Made by a program: the position numbers and the translations under genes. A stretch of 64,000 nucleotides of DNA from Pseudolabrys sp. (lineage in GTDB: Bacteria > Pseudomonadota > Alphaproteobacteria > Rhizobiales > Xanthobacteraceae): assembly GCA_051986235.1 (NCBI GenBank), contig JBPYDR010000076.1, positions 924-64,923 on the forward strand, written 5' to 3'. Positions 19,650 through 29,054 of the stretch are shown one piece after another. Position 1 is the stretch's first letter. The number at the start of each line of letters is the position of its first letter. The notes under the pieces were generated by a model. The model did not search any database and was not told the DNA's origin. It was given only the letters and a program-made list of their open reading frames with translations.

Positions 19650-20042
19650 ATGCCTACGTCTGCACAACTTGAACGCAAGGCCGAACGGGCCCGCGAGCGA
19701 CTGTCCGACCGGATTGCGGATCTGCGCTATCACGTCTCTCCGACCACGGTGGTGAGCGACCTTCTCGGCGGCGTCAATCCGCGCGCCTGGGGCGACGACG
19801 TTCTGCCGATCCTCGCCAAGCAGGCCCGCAACAACCCGATTGCGTCTCTCCTCATCGCGGCCGGCGTCGGTTGGCTGATCTTTTCGGAGGTGCGCGGACC
19901 CGTCGCCAAGACCCTTGGTCTCAACCACATCGGCCTCAAGGACCTCGGCCTGCCGGGCTCGCGGCAAAAGGCCCGGCGCGGAGCGCGTAGAAAGAAACGT
20001 ACAGCGCGCAATGGCAGGTCGGCGGGAAGCCGTAGCAAGTAA
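19650..20042 (+). CDS. DUF3618-like protein
   Basis: LERKAERARERL...I..LR..VSP and RNNPIA.LL..AGVGWL. Confidence 0.7.
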   Translation: MPTSAQLERKAERARERLSDRIADLRYHVSPTTVVSDLLGGVNPRAWGDDVLPILAKQARNNPIASLLIAAGVGWLIFSEVRGPVAKTLGLNHIGLKDLGLPGSRQKARRGARRKKRTARNGRSAGSRSK

Positions 20043-20050
20043 GGATACCC

Positions 20051-21058
20051 ATGGCGGGCGGCCACCGGCGGGCAGTCGGCTCACGGAGGCAGCGCCGACT
20101 TTGGTCTGGACTTCTGGGCGTCGCCTTGCTGGTTGCGGGAATTCGCCGCCAGCGGGAAAACGATGCGCCGGCAGAAGAGCCGGAGCGTACCGGAGGTCGC
20201 TCGCCGCCAGGCACCGAGAAAAAGCGCCGCGCATGGATGGAGATCGCGCGGCTTCTGTACGCCGCAATCGGCCAGCACCGGCTGGTATCCATCGCGGCCG
20301 GCGTCACGTTCTTCGCACTTCTCGCGATGTTCCCGGCAGTCGCCGCGCTGGTTTCCATCTACGGAATCTTTGCCGATCCGGGCACGATCCGCGTGCATCT
20401 TGATGACCTCGCGTCGGTCCTGCCCAGCGGCGCGATCGAGGTCATCGGCGATCAGCTCACGCGCGTCGCTTCGGGCGGGAAAACAACGCTCGGCGCGACG
20501 TTTCTCTTCACGCTCGGGCTATCCCTCTGGAGTGCCAATGCCGGCATGAAGGCACTCTTCGATGCGCTCAACATTGTCTATGATGCGCAGGAACGGCGCG
20601 GCCTGGTGAAATTGAATCTTATTTCACTAGCCTTCACCGGCGGTGCGCTTCTGATTCTCCTGCTGGCCATCGCTGCAATCGTCGTGCTGCCTGTGGCGCT
20701 GGAATTTGCAGGGCTTCAATCGCTCAGCGGAACGATGGCCATGATCGCGCGATGGCCGGGGCTCTATGCCATCGTGGCGGCGGGCCTCGTCATCATTTAT
20801 CGCTACGGGCCGGATCGCGATCGCGCGCAGTGGCAATGGATCACTTGGGGCAGCGGACTGGCCGCAGCACTCTGGATCCTCGTGTCGATCCTGTTCTCCT
20901 GGTACGCGGCGAATTTCGGCGCATACAACAAGACATACGGATCGCTTGGCGCCGTGGTCGGGTTCATGACCTGGATGTGGATCTCCTGCATGGTGATCCT
21001 CGCCGGAGCCGAAGTTGACGCCATGATGGAACGTCTCGACCGCGGTTGCGCCACCTAG
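20051..21058 (+). CDS. YihY/BrkB family membrane protein
   Basis: AAGVTFFALLAMFP, YRYGP and YNKTYGSLGAVV. Confidence 0.9.
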   Translation: MAGGHRRAVGSRRQRRLWSGLLGVALLVAGIRRQRENDAPAEEPERTGGRSPPGTEKKRRAWMEIARLLYAAIGQHRLVSIAAGVTFFALLAMFPAVAALVSIYGIFADPGTIRVHLDDLASVLPSGAIEVIGDQLTRVASGGKTTLGATFLFTLGLSLWSANAGMKALFDALNIVYDAQERRGLVKLNLISLAFTGGALLILLLAIAAIVVLPVALEFAGLQSLSGTMAMIARWPGLYAIVAAGLVIIYRYGPDRDRAQWQWITWGSGLAAALWILVSILFSWYAANFGAYNKTYGSLGAVVGFMTWMWISCMVILAGAEVDAMMERLDRGCAT

Positions 21059-21070
21059 TCGCCACCCGTG

Positions 21071-21274
21071 TCAGGATCGCGCGCGCTCCAACATGTCGCG
21101 GATCGGATCATACGTGGGCCCTGTGGTCCGCGTGTCGTCGCCCGCCTGCTTTGCAAGCCTGACATATGTTTTGGCCAGATTTTCCCATTCGGCCTTCACA
21201 ATCGGGTTGGATTCCCGCAATGCGCGGCTTCGGACATCTGCGGCCAAGTGTTGATATTGTTCAGCTCGGTCCAT
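21071..21274 (-). CDS. Small hypothetical protein (paralog of 23118-23360)
   Basis: RAEQY..LA.DV..RA..E.NPIVKAEW.NLAKTY.RLAKQA shared with the second copy. Confidence 0.7.
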   Translation of the reverse strand: MDRAEQYQHLAADVRSRALRESNPIVKAEWENLAKTYVRLAKQAGDDTRTTGPTYDPIRDMLERARS

Positions 21275-21546
21275 TGACGAACTCCGCTGTGCGTTTCCTC
21301 TGTTGCACCATTGCATTGTCACTAGGCCAACATAGGAACTCGAATTCAGTTCCTGGAACTCGATGTCGATTCTGTGAACTGCGGGATCAGAGACAAATGT
21401 GCAATTGGCGTCTTCAGCGAATAATCAGGAACAACCGCGCAATCTCGCGTCGCAAATAGAGGAACATAATCGTCGCCGCATCGGTTTTCCCTCTGATCCA
21501 AGTGACGGCGAGTGCTGTCTTGGAACAAACCAGAGAGGAACCTACG

Positions 21547-23058
21547 ATGAAACGCAACACCATGAGAAAGAAACTCCTCCTCGGGACCGTTGCACTGATG
21601 GCTGGCGTTGGTCTGGCTTCGGCGCAAGGGATGCGAGAAGGCGTAGGCGGATCGGCCGGCGGCAGCGTCGGCGCTGAGCAACACGGCCCGTCGGGATCGC
21701 CAGCAGCGAAGACGCAAGGCGGAGCGTCGGCGCAACACGGCGCCGAGATCCAGAGCAAAGGCAAAAGCGAAACGCGCGGCCAGGGTGCTATCAAACAACA
21801 AAAGGCTCAGAGCAGCCAGGCTGAAAAAAATCGCATTCAGGCAAAGCCTGAACGGTCAACAACCGGCCAGGGCTCGTCCGAACGCGACAATTTAAAGGCG
21901 TCCGGCAAGGAAAATCTGAAAACGAAAAGCTCCGGCAAGGAAGACCTGAAGGCAAGGAGCTCCGAGAAGGAGAATCTGAAGACCAAGGGTCAGGGCTCGG
22001 CCAAGACCAATGAACGGTCGACCACCGGCCAGGGCACCAGCGAAAAGACCGACACGAAGGGGGCAGCTGACACCAAGTCGCAGACCGAGCAGAAGCCTGC
22101 GCAGACGCAGACCCCGAACGCCTCTGGCCGGAGCCAGACGAGCGGGTCGGCCACGCAGAACCAGAATGCAGCGCAGTCTGGGGCCGGGATCCAGTCGCAG
22201 GCGGGCAAGCAAATAACAGCGCAGCAGCAGACGTCGATCCAGCAGTCCGTGCTGTCGGCCCGGAACGCACCGCACGTCGATCACGTGAACTTCGCCGTCC
22301 ATACAGGCGCCGTCGTTCCGCGGTCGGTCAATGTCGTGGCCATCTCGACATTCCCGATCCTGATCGAGACGTTCCCGCAATATCGCGATTACAGCTTCTT
22401 CGTTATTGAAGATGAGGTCGTGATCGTGGACCGCGGTCATAGGATCGTCGACGTCGTGCCGGCCGGACCGCGTGCGCGGTACAGCCGCTCTTCAAGCTCC
22501 ACCACTGTGGCAGTGAACCTCAGTGAACCCGAGATTCGCGAAGTTCAGCAGGTTCTCATCACGCGTGGCTTCATGCACGGCCGCGTGACCGGCGTTTGGG
22601 GACCCGAGACCCGCGACGCCCTGATTGCTTTCCAGCGCAAGGAAGGGTTCACGGCAAACGGGACGATTGATACGCGGACGGTGAGCGCGCTGGGCTTGTC
22701 CGGGAAGGTGAAGGCCCAGGAGTCGAGCTCGACACGAGGCTCCAGCTCAACGACAACGGGTCAAAGCCAGAGCGGCTCCAGTGGCCAGAACACGACTAGG
22801 CAGAACGCACCGTCACAGACCCAGCCTTCGACTGGTCAGAACAACGGCACGCAAAATCCGTCCGACAAACAGAGCAGCAGCGGACAGAGCAAGCCGTCGA
22901 CGACTGGTCAGGGCAGCGGCAATCCGTCCTCTTCGAGCGGCAGCTCGATGAATCGCGGCTCGTCGTCGCCTTCAACCTCGGATCACAGCAGCTCATCCCC
23001 TTCGACATCCGGCACGTCGGGGCAGAGCACGATGCCTGAAAAGAACAAGCAGAACTAA
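21547..23058 (+). CDS. Secreted DUF1236 plus peptidoglycan-binding domain protein with Ser/Gln/Gly-rich linkers
   Basis: Signal peptide, VNF.V..G.VVPR...PQYR.Y.FF.I.DE.VIVD and EVQQVL...G......G.WGPETRDAL.AFQ. Confidence 0.82.
   Translation: MKRNTMRKKLLLGTVALMAGVGLASAQGMREGVGGSAGGSVGAEQHGPSGSPAAKTQGGASAQHGAEIQSKGKSETRGQGAIKQQKAQSSQAEKNRIQAKPERSTTGQGSSERDNLKASGKENLKTKSSGKEDLKARSSEKENLKTKGQGSAKTNERSTTGQGTSEKTDTKGAADTKSQTEQKPAQTQTPNASGRSQTSGSATQNQNAAQSGAGIQSQAGKQITAQQQTSIQQSVLSARNAPHVDHVNFAVHTGAVVPRSVNVVAISTFPILIETFPQYRDYSFFVIEDEVVIVDRGHRIVDVVPAGPRARYSRSSSSTTVAVNLSEPEIREVQQVLITRGFMHGRVTGVWGPETRDALIAFQRKEGFTANGTIDTRTVSALGLSGKVKAQESSSTRGSSSTTTGQSQSGSSGQNTTRQNAPSQTQPSTGQNNGTQNPSDKQSSSGQSKPSTTGQGSGNPSSSSGSSMNRGSSSPSTSDHSSSSPSTSGTSGQSTMPEKNKQN
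21901..21987 (+). repeat. Three imperfect 30-bp in-frame tandem repeats
   Basis: TCCGGCAAGGAAAATCTGAAA.. / TCCGGCAAGGAAGACCTGAAG.. / TCCGAGAAGGAGAATCTGAAG.., encoding S(G/E)KE(N/D)LK. Confidence 0.7.
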
Positions 23059-23078
23059 ATTGGGGATATCACGACCTT

Positions 23079-23104
23079 GGCCCCGCTTCGGCGGGGCTTT
23101 TTTT
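23079..23104 (+). terminator. Rho-independent terminator
   Basis: GGCCCCGC-TTCG-GCGGGGCT followed by a T-run. Confidence 0.85.
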
Positions 23105-23117
23105 CACGCGGCGTCAT

Positions 23118-23360
23118 TCAGCGCAAAGGGCCGCTCATTCCATCCTTGAGCGGATCGTAGGTCAGCTCGATGCCAAATCCATCGTCTGCCTGCTTTGCAA
23201 GCCGGATGTAAGTCTTGGCCAGATTCTGCCACTCTGCCTTCACGATCGGGTTCAACTCCTTCGCGGCCCGCGTGAGAACGTCTTCGGCCAGGGTCCGGTA
23301 CTGCTCGGCGCGATTGAATGCGGAGCTGCGCTTGCGGATATCGATCGAGTTGCAGGTCAT
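23118..23360 (-). CDS. Small hypothetical protein (paralog of 21071-21274)
   Basis: NPIVKAEWQNLAKTYIRLAKQA...TYDP. Confidence 0.65.
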   Translation of the reverse strand: MTCNSIDIRKRSSAFNRAEQYRTLAEDVLTRAAKELNPIVKAEWQNLAKTYIRLAKQADDGFGIELTYDPLKDGMSGPLR

Positions 23361-23418
23361 GGCGACTTGACTTTCCTTGCGAGTGGCAGACATGGGGAGA
23401 TACCGGGAGTCGAAGAGC

Positions 23419-23529
23419 TCAGTCGCGGAATTCGCGCCGATAGGTGCCGAAAGACGACAGCCCGATGATCGTTCCAATCAGCAGGAAAATCATGAACAGC
23501 TTGGAATATTCGATGATGACCGCGGTCAT
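23419..23529 (-). CDS. Small single-TM peptide (36 aa)
   Basis: MTAVIIEYSKLFMIFLLIGTIIGLSSFGTYRREFRD. Confidence 0.4.
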   Translation of the reverse strand: MTAVIIEYSKLFMIFLLIGTIIGLSSFGTYRREFRD

Positions 23530-23619
23530 GGAAATTCTCGGCTGCCTCATTTCGACACAGGCAAAATAACAGGATCCCCACAAGCTGAATGTGAGCCGGC
23601 TCACAGAGGCCCCTTTCGT

Positions 23620-23688
23620 TTTCGCCCATGATGACTCGCGTTTCCTCCCCCATCCTCGCCCCGCCAGACCCCTGGCGGGGCCTTTTTT
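23620..23688 (+). ncRNA. Candidate MmgR/alpha-r8-like anti-Shine-Dalgarno sRNA (5' end uncertain)
   Basis: TTTCCTCCCC, then terminator GCCCCGCCAG..CTGGCGGGGC-CTTTTTT, with no plus-strand gene upstream to terminate. Confidence 0.5.
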
Positions 23689-23785
23689 ACATGCCGTCCG
23701 GCGCACTTACCTGTCAGAGAACTGAAGCACGGGGCTGCTAGTTGAACCGGATACCGTCCTGTCGACTGATTCGAGACGATCGCTC

Positions 23786-25369
23786 ATGACCAAATTTGTC
23801 TGGTGGAAGCACGGCGTCATCTATCAGGTCTATCCGCGCTCCTTTCAGGACACGGATGGCAATGGTGTCGGCGACCTGAAGGGAATAAGCGAACGCCTCG
23901 AGTATCTCGAATGGCTTGGCGTAGATGCGATCTGGATATCGCCGATCTATCCGTCGCCGATGGCGGACTTCGGATATGACGTCAGCGACTACTGCAACAT
24001 CGATCCCCTGTTCGGATCGCTGGAAGATTTCGACCGGCTTGTGGACGCGGCGCACGCACGAAAAATCAAAATCATTCTCGATTTCGTCCCCAATCACACC
24101 TCGGAACGTCATCCGTGGTTTCTCGAAAGCCGCGCATCGCGCGTCAATCCGAAGCGCGACTGGTACATCTGGCGCGACGGCAAGGGCGATGGATCGCCGC
24201 CCAATAACTGGCTTTCGCAATTCGGCGGACCGGCCTGGACGCGCGAAGCGCGGACCGGCCAGTACTATCTGCACAGCTTTTTGCCCGAGCAGCCCGATCT
24301 GAACTGGCGCAATCCAGACGTGCGGGCCGCAATGTACGACGTGCTGCGCTTCTGGCTCGACCGCGGCGTCGATGGATTTCGCGTCGATGTCATTTGGCTC
24401 CTGATCAAGGATGCCGCGCTGCGCGACAATCCGCCGAACCCGAACTATCGGCCGACCGAAGCCGGCATTCATCGTTTCCTGCAGGTCTACAGCGCCGATC
24501 AGCCCGAGACGCACGATGTCATCACCGAGATGCGTTCAGTCCTCGATCAATATGACAAGCGCGTGCTGATCGGCGAAATCTATCTGCCCATCGAACGGCT
24601 GGTGACCTATTACGGACAGGATTTGCGTGGCGCGAACCTGCCGTTCAATTTCCAGCTGCTGCATACGGCGTGGACTGCGGCGGCTGTCGGCAAACTGGTC
24701 AAGGACTACGAAGGCGCGCTACCCCAGGGCGGTTGGCCGAACTGGGTATTGGGAAACCACGACCAGCCGCGCATCGCAGCACGCGTCGGCGAAGCGCAGG
24801 CGCGCATTGCCGCGATGCTGCTGCTCACGCTGCGCGGCACGCCGACAATGTATTACGGCGACGAGCTTGGCATCGGCACAGTGGCCATACCGCACGATTC
24901 GGTGGAGGATCCTTGGGAGAAAAACGAGCCGGGCCTGGGCCTCGGCCGTGATCCCTCGCGCACGCCTTTTCAATGGGACGCGACATCGAACGCCGGATTT
25001 ACCAGCGGCACGCCGTGGCTGCCGGTCGATGCGTCCTACAAATCGCGCAACGAGAAAGTTCTGCGCGCCGATCCTGCGTCGATCCTCAGCCTCTACCGCG
25101 ATCTGTTGGCGATCCGCCGCCAGCATCCGGCGCTCGTACACGGCACGTTCCGCCTCTTGAGCGTCGAGGGCAACGCGCTTGTCTATGAACGGAAAGCGGA
25201 CAACCAACGCATCGTCGTCTGTCTCAATTTCGGCGACACGGAGCAGCCATTGCCCGTCGAGGATTTCGGCCGTGCCATCGTTCTCGCATCGACCCAACCG
25301 GATCGCGCCGACCTTGAGCCAAAAGCCGTGCTGTGTCCCAACGAAGGGCTGGCGATTTTGACGGCCTAG
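23786..25369 (+). CDS. GH13 alpha-glucosidase
   Basis: YQVYPRSFQD, DFVPNHTS, GFRVDV and LGNHD. Confidence 0.92.
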   Translation: MTKFVWWKHGVIYQVYPRSFQDTDGNGVGDLKGISERLEYLEWLGVDAIWISPIYPSPMADFGYDVSDYCNIDPLFGSLEDFDRLVDAAHARKIKIILDFVPNHTSERHPWFLESRASRVNPKRDWYIWRDGKGDGSPPNNWLSQFGGPAWTREARTGQYYLHSFLPEQPDLNWRNPDVRAAMYDVLRFWLDRGVDGFRVDVIWLLIKDAALRDNPPNPNYRPTEAGIHRFLQVYSADQPETHDVITEMRSVLDQYDKRVLIGEIYLPIERLVTYYGQDLRGANLPFNFQLLHTAWTAAAVGKLVKDYEGALPQGGWPNWVLGNHDQPRIAARVGEAQARIAAMLLLTLRGTPTMYYGDELGIGTVAIPHDSVEDPWEKNEPGLGLGRDPSRTPFQWDATSNAGFTSGTPWLPVDASYKSRNEKVLRADPASILSLYRDLLAIRRQHPALVHGTFRLLSVEGNALVYERKADNQRIVVCLNFGDTEQPLPVEDFGRAIVLASTQPDRADLEPKAVLCPNEGLAILTA

Positions 25370-27030
25370 AATTCTGAGCGCTTGAGCAGGTAGTCCAGCC
25401 CGCCCAGGCGGTACCAGTGATAGCCGTAGCCTTCGAGGCACATGCGGTGCTTTCCGTTCTTCCCGGCTTGGCTGTGATCCACGGTCAACAGATTGATGAG
25501 GTAGGCGCCGCCCTTGCCCTTGATGCCGGTGTGAAATTCGATCTCGCGCGGCTCCCGCGCCAAATTGTGCAGGAACAGCACGGAATTGTTGCGCCAGTCG
25601 TAGCGAACGCCGAGGACAGCTCTGTCGCCCGTCTTCACGATCTCGAAATCGCCCCAGCCTATTTCCGGCACTTCCTTACGCATACGGATGATGCGTTCGC
25701 TCCAGTTGAGCATTGAGTTGGTCTCGCGCCGCTGCTCGGCTGCATTGACATGTTCGAACCCGTAAGGGCCGTCGCTGATGACCGGCACGATGGGCTTGTC
25801 GCTTTTGGTGAAGCCGCCATTTGGCTCGGTCGACCACTGCATCGGCGTGCGTCCACAGGTCCGCTCGGGCAGCGAAAGATCATCTCCCATGCCGAGCTCG
25901 TCGCCGTAGCGCATCACCGGCGTTCCGGGCAGGGTGAACATCAGGCTGTAGGCGAGCTCCAGCCGCCGCCGGTCGCCGCCCAGCATCGGCGCAAGGCGCC
26001 GCCTGATGCCGCGGTCGTAAAGCTGATCCTCCTTATTGGGACCGAAGGCGGCGAACACGCGTTGCCGCTGCTTTTCGGTAAGCCGGCCGAGATCGAGTTC
26101 GTCATGATTGCGCAGGAAGACTCCCCATTGTCCGCTCGCCGGCCGCTTTTTGGTCTTCTGCATCGCGCGCGCGAGCGGACGCGTGTCGGCGATTGCCAGC
26201 GCATAGAAGAGATTCTGATTGACCTGGAAATTGAACATCATGTGCATGCGGTCGCCGGCGTCGCCGAAATACTCCATGTCGGTGCGCGGAAGAACGTTCG
26301 CTTCAGCGAGAACGATCGAATCGCCGACGCGCCATTGCAGGAATTCGCGGAACGCGCGCAGCATGTCGTATTGTTCGAGCGGTTTGCTGACGTCGGGACC
26401 CTTGGTGCCGATCACGAAGGGAACGGCATCCATGCGGAAGCCGGACACGCCAAGCTGAATCCAGAAGCCCATGATCTTGAGAATCTCGGCCTGCACAGCG
26501 GGGTTGGACGTGTTGAGATCGGGCTGGAAGTCGTAGAAGCGGTGGAAAAACCACTGCTTCGCCACCGGGTCGCGCGTCCAGGTGGATTTCTGCACGCCCG
26601 GAAACACCATGCCTTTGTTTGAGCCTGCGGGGCGCTTTTTCGACCAGACGTACCAGTCGCGGTATTTCGAATTTGGATCGCGGCGCGCTTCCTGAAACCA
26701 CGGATGTTCATTGGACGTGTGATTGACGACAAGATCGATGATCACACGAATACCGCGTTGTGCCGCGCCATGCGTGAATTCGACGAAATCTCCGAGCGAA
26801 CCGAACGCCGGATTGACGTTATAATAGTCGCAGATGTCGTAGCCGTCGTCCTTGCCTGGCGATTTCTGAAACGGCATCAGCCAGATCGCGGTGATGCCGA
26901 GCCCGCTGAGATAATCGAGCCGGCGCATCAGGCCCCGGAAATCGCCGATGCCGTCGGCGTTTGAATCCATGTAAGTGCCGACCGACAAACAATAAAAAAT
27001 GGCGTTCTTGTACCAAAGGTCTTTGATCAT
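25366..27030 (-). CDS. treS: GH13 trehalose synthase-like protein
   Basis: WYKNAIFY, DDGYDI, HRFYDFQPDLN, FLRNHDELDL and GIRRRLAP. Confidence 0.82.
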   Translation of the reverse strand: MIKDLWYKNAIFYCLSVGTYMDSNADGIGDFRGLMRRLDYLSGLGITAIWLMPFQKSPGKDDGYDICDYYNVNPAFGSLGDFVEFTHGAAQRGIRVIIDLVVNHTSNEHPWFQEARRDPNSKYRDWYVWSKKRPAGSNKGMVFPGVQKSTWTRDPVAKQWFFHRFYDFQPDLNTSNPAVQAEILKIMGFWIQLGVSGFRMDAVPFVIGTKGPDVSKPLEQYDMLRAFREFLQWRVGDSIVLAEANVLPRTDMEYFGDAGDRMHMMFNFQVNQNLFYALAIADTRPLARAMQKTKKRPASGQWGVFLRNHDELDLGRLTEKQRQRVFAAFGPNKEDQLYDRGIRRRLAPMLGGDRRRLELAYSLMFTLPGTPVMRYGDELGMGDDLSLPERTCGRTPMQWSTEPNGGFTKSDKPIVPVISDGPYGFEHVNAAEQRRETNSMLNWSERIIRMRKEVPEIGWGDFEIVKTGDRAVLGVRYDWRNNSVLFLHNLAREPREIEFHTGIKGKGGAYLINLLTVDHSQAGKNGKHRMCLEGYGYHWYRLGGLDYLLKRSEF

Positions 27031-27112
27031 CCGCAGCGCATGGTCGTTGTTGAAATGACCATGCGTTAAACCCGGGGCATTCAAAGAGTTCCGTTGCAGC
27101 TTCGCGCGGCCG

Positions 27113-27248
27113 CCGTCATTCCTGAGCGCAATTCACGCCGCCATGGCCGGGCTTGTCCCGACCATCTACGTCTCACCTTTTGCCGACGTAAGAGGTGGGT
27201 GCTCGGTACATGGCGTGCGAAACCGGGCAGACAACTCACCGCATGACG
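27113..27248. repeat. Degenerate REP-like palindrome, family A
   Basis: CATGGCCGGGCTTGTCCCGACCATCTACG...GCATGACG. Confidence 0.55.
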
Positions 27249-27265
27249 TGAGGCCTCGTGGGCGC

Positions 27266-28075
27266 CTACCGCAGCCGCTCCGCGAACATCACCATGGTCT
27301 TGCGATAGACCTCTGAGCGGTTCCACTCGCGCATCACCTGGAAATTCTCCGTGCCTTCACCGAACGGCGCACCGGGGCGCCAGCCGTTGACCTTCAACAG
27401 ATTGGCGGTGGAGGCCAGAACATCCGGCACGCTGTGGCGCAGATCGACATGGCCGTTGCCGTCATAGTCGACGCCATACTTGATGTACGACGACGGCAGG
27501 AATTGCGTTTGCCCGATCTCGCCGGCGTAAGCGCCAATCAGATCGCGCAGCGGAAGATCACCGCGCTGGACAATTTTCAGCGCCGCGATCAGTTCAGTCT
27601 GGAACAGCTCGCTGCGCCGGCAATCATGCGCGAGTGTGGCGATCGTACGGATCACCGGCAGCTTGCCCATGTCGCCCGTCCCGTTGTCCGTTTCCAGGGT
27701 CCAGACCGCCATTAGCAATTCTTTCGGCACGCCGAATTGCCGCTCGACGCGTGACAGCAGCGCGGCGTGCGCCTGCATCAGCTTTCTGGCGCGATTGATG
27801 CGTGCCGGGACGACGCGGGTCGCGGCGTATTCCTCGAAGCTTTTACGGAAGGTGTTGCGCTGGCGGCGATCGAAGGTAAGCACGGCCTGGTCGACCGTCA
27901 CGCCGGCAAAGGCCTGGTCGATGACGGAGCGCGAAACCCCTGCGGCTTGCGCGTCGCGGGCCATGGCGGACAGGAAAGTCTGGAAATCGCCGCCGCACTG
28001 GGCGGCCTGGGCGGACGGGACGAAGGGGAAAACGAGAAAAACTAAAGCGATGAATCTCGGGATGAACTTTGACAT
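27266..28075 (-). CDS. Lytic murein transglycosylase (MltB/SLT_2-like)
   Basis: W.LET, GA.AGEIGQTQFLPSSY, VDYDGNG and ASTANLL. Confidence 0.9.
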   Translation of the reverse strand: MSKFIPRFIALVFLVFPFVPSAQAAQCGGDFQTFLSAMARDAQAAGVSRSVIDQAFAGVTVDQAVLTFDRRQRNTFRKSFEEYAATRVVPARINRARKLMQAHAALLSRVERQFGVPKELLMAVWTLETDNGTGDMGKLPVIRTIATLAHDCRRSELFQTELIAALKIVQRGDLPLRDLIGAYAGEIGQTQFLPSSYIKYGVDYDGNGHVDLRHSVPDVLASTANLLKVNGWRPGAPFGEGTENFQVMREWNRSEVYRKTMVMFAERLR

Positions 28076-28254
28076 GACCGAACCTGCGTTGCCCCGAACC
28101 GATGTTTACACTGTCATGGCGCGCTTTGTCCCGCTTTCCGGCGGTCGTCCCAGGACGAGGTCAGTATGACAATCCGACGCATCCCAGTCTTCCGCGCTCA
28201 GTCACGCGTACGCTAGGATCAGTGCCAACACCAACGATCACGGGGAGCGGACCA

Positions 28255-28548
28255 ATGCCAAAGGCCTACTGGGTCACCACCTATCGCGAGATCAAGGACC
28301 CGGCGAAGCTTGCCGCCTATGCCAAGCTTGCGCCTGTCGCGCTGGCACCATACGGCGTGCGCTATCTTTGCCGCGGCAACCCGAGCGCGACCTTCGAGGC
28401 CGGGCTGAACGAGCGCCTCGTGGTGTCCGAATTTCCCAGCCTCGAAAAGGCGATCGCGGGGCACGACAGCCCGGGTTACGCCGAAGCGATGCGTGCGCTC
28501 GGCGACGGCGCCGTCCGGGATGTCCGGATCATCGAAGGCCTGGAGTGA
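28255..28548 (+). CDS. DUF1330 family protein
   Basis: MPKAYWV.TYR and RDVRIIEG. Confidence 0.88.
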   Translation: MPKAYWVTTYREIKDPAKLAAYAKLAPVALAPYGVRYLCRGNPSATFEAGLNERLVVSEFPSLEKAIAGHDSPGYAEAMRALGDGAVRDVRIIEGLE

Positions 28549-28575
28549 GTCGCCGAACGGCGACGACAGCCGGCA

Positions 28576-28854
28576 TCACCCCGCAAGCTTGTCGAACTCG
28601 TCGATCGTGACCGCCGGCGCGGTTGTGAAGCCGATGCCAGTCGATTTCGCAAGCGCGGCCGAGGCGGCCATTGCGCGCGCATTGTCCGGCAGGTCGGCAA
28701 TCATCACGAGATCGATACCTCCGAGCGTCGCATACGCGGCCTTTAACTCGCCACCATGCTTCTTGAATAGCGCTTTCGCGTCTTCGGAGCGCTTGGCGCT
28801 GATGCCCTTGAGCGCCTCAGACGAATATTTCCCGAACAACAGGTAAGTTGCCAT
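28576..28854 (-). CDS. GYD domain protein
   Basis: MATYLLFGKYS...GG.L...Y.TLGGID.V...DLPD. Confidence 0.82.
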   Translation of the reverse strand: MATYLLFGKYSSEALKGISAKRSEDAKALFKKHGGELKAAYATLGGIDLVMIADLPDNARAMAASAALAKSTGIGFTTAPAVTIDEFDKLAG

Positions 28855-29054
28855 GACGACATCTCCGGTTTCAGGAGGAACGTGGCAGGCAAATTATAGT
28901 CCCGCGCGGGGGCTGGCGCACGCCGCACCCACGCCGCTTTCCCGACCGGTGGTGGTTCTGACGTTCATCTCACGTAGTCGTGTACTGTTCGTGTGAGGCC
29001 AAACGCCGAATTCGCCCCTATATGGGGGCGACAAATGCCGGGGGAATACCGATC

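Noticed and set aside
3899-28548. Two DUF1330 paralogs as a recent duplication or element boundary
   Set aside because: They are clearly diverged, share no flanks, and the family is commonly multicopy.
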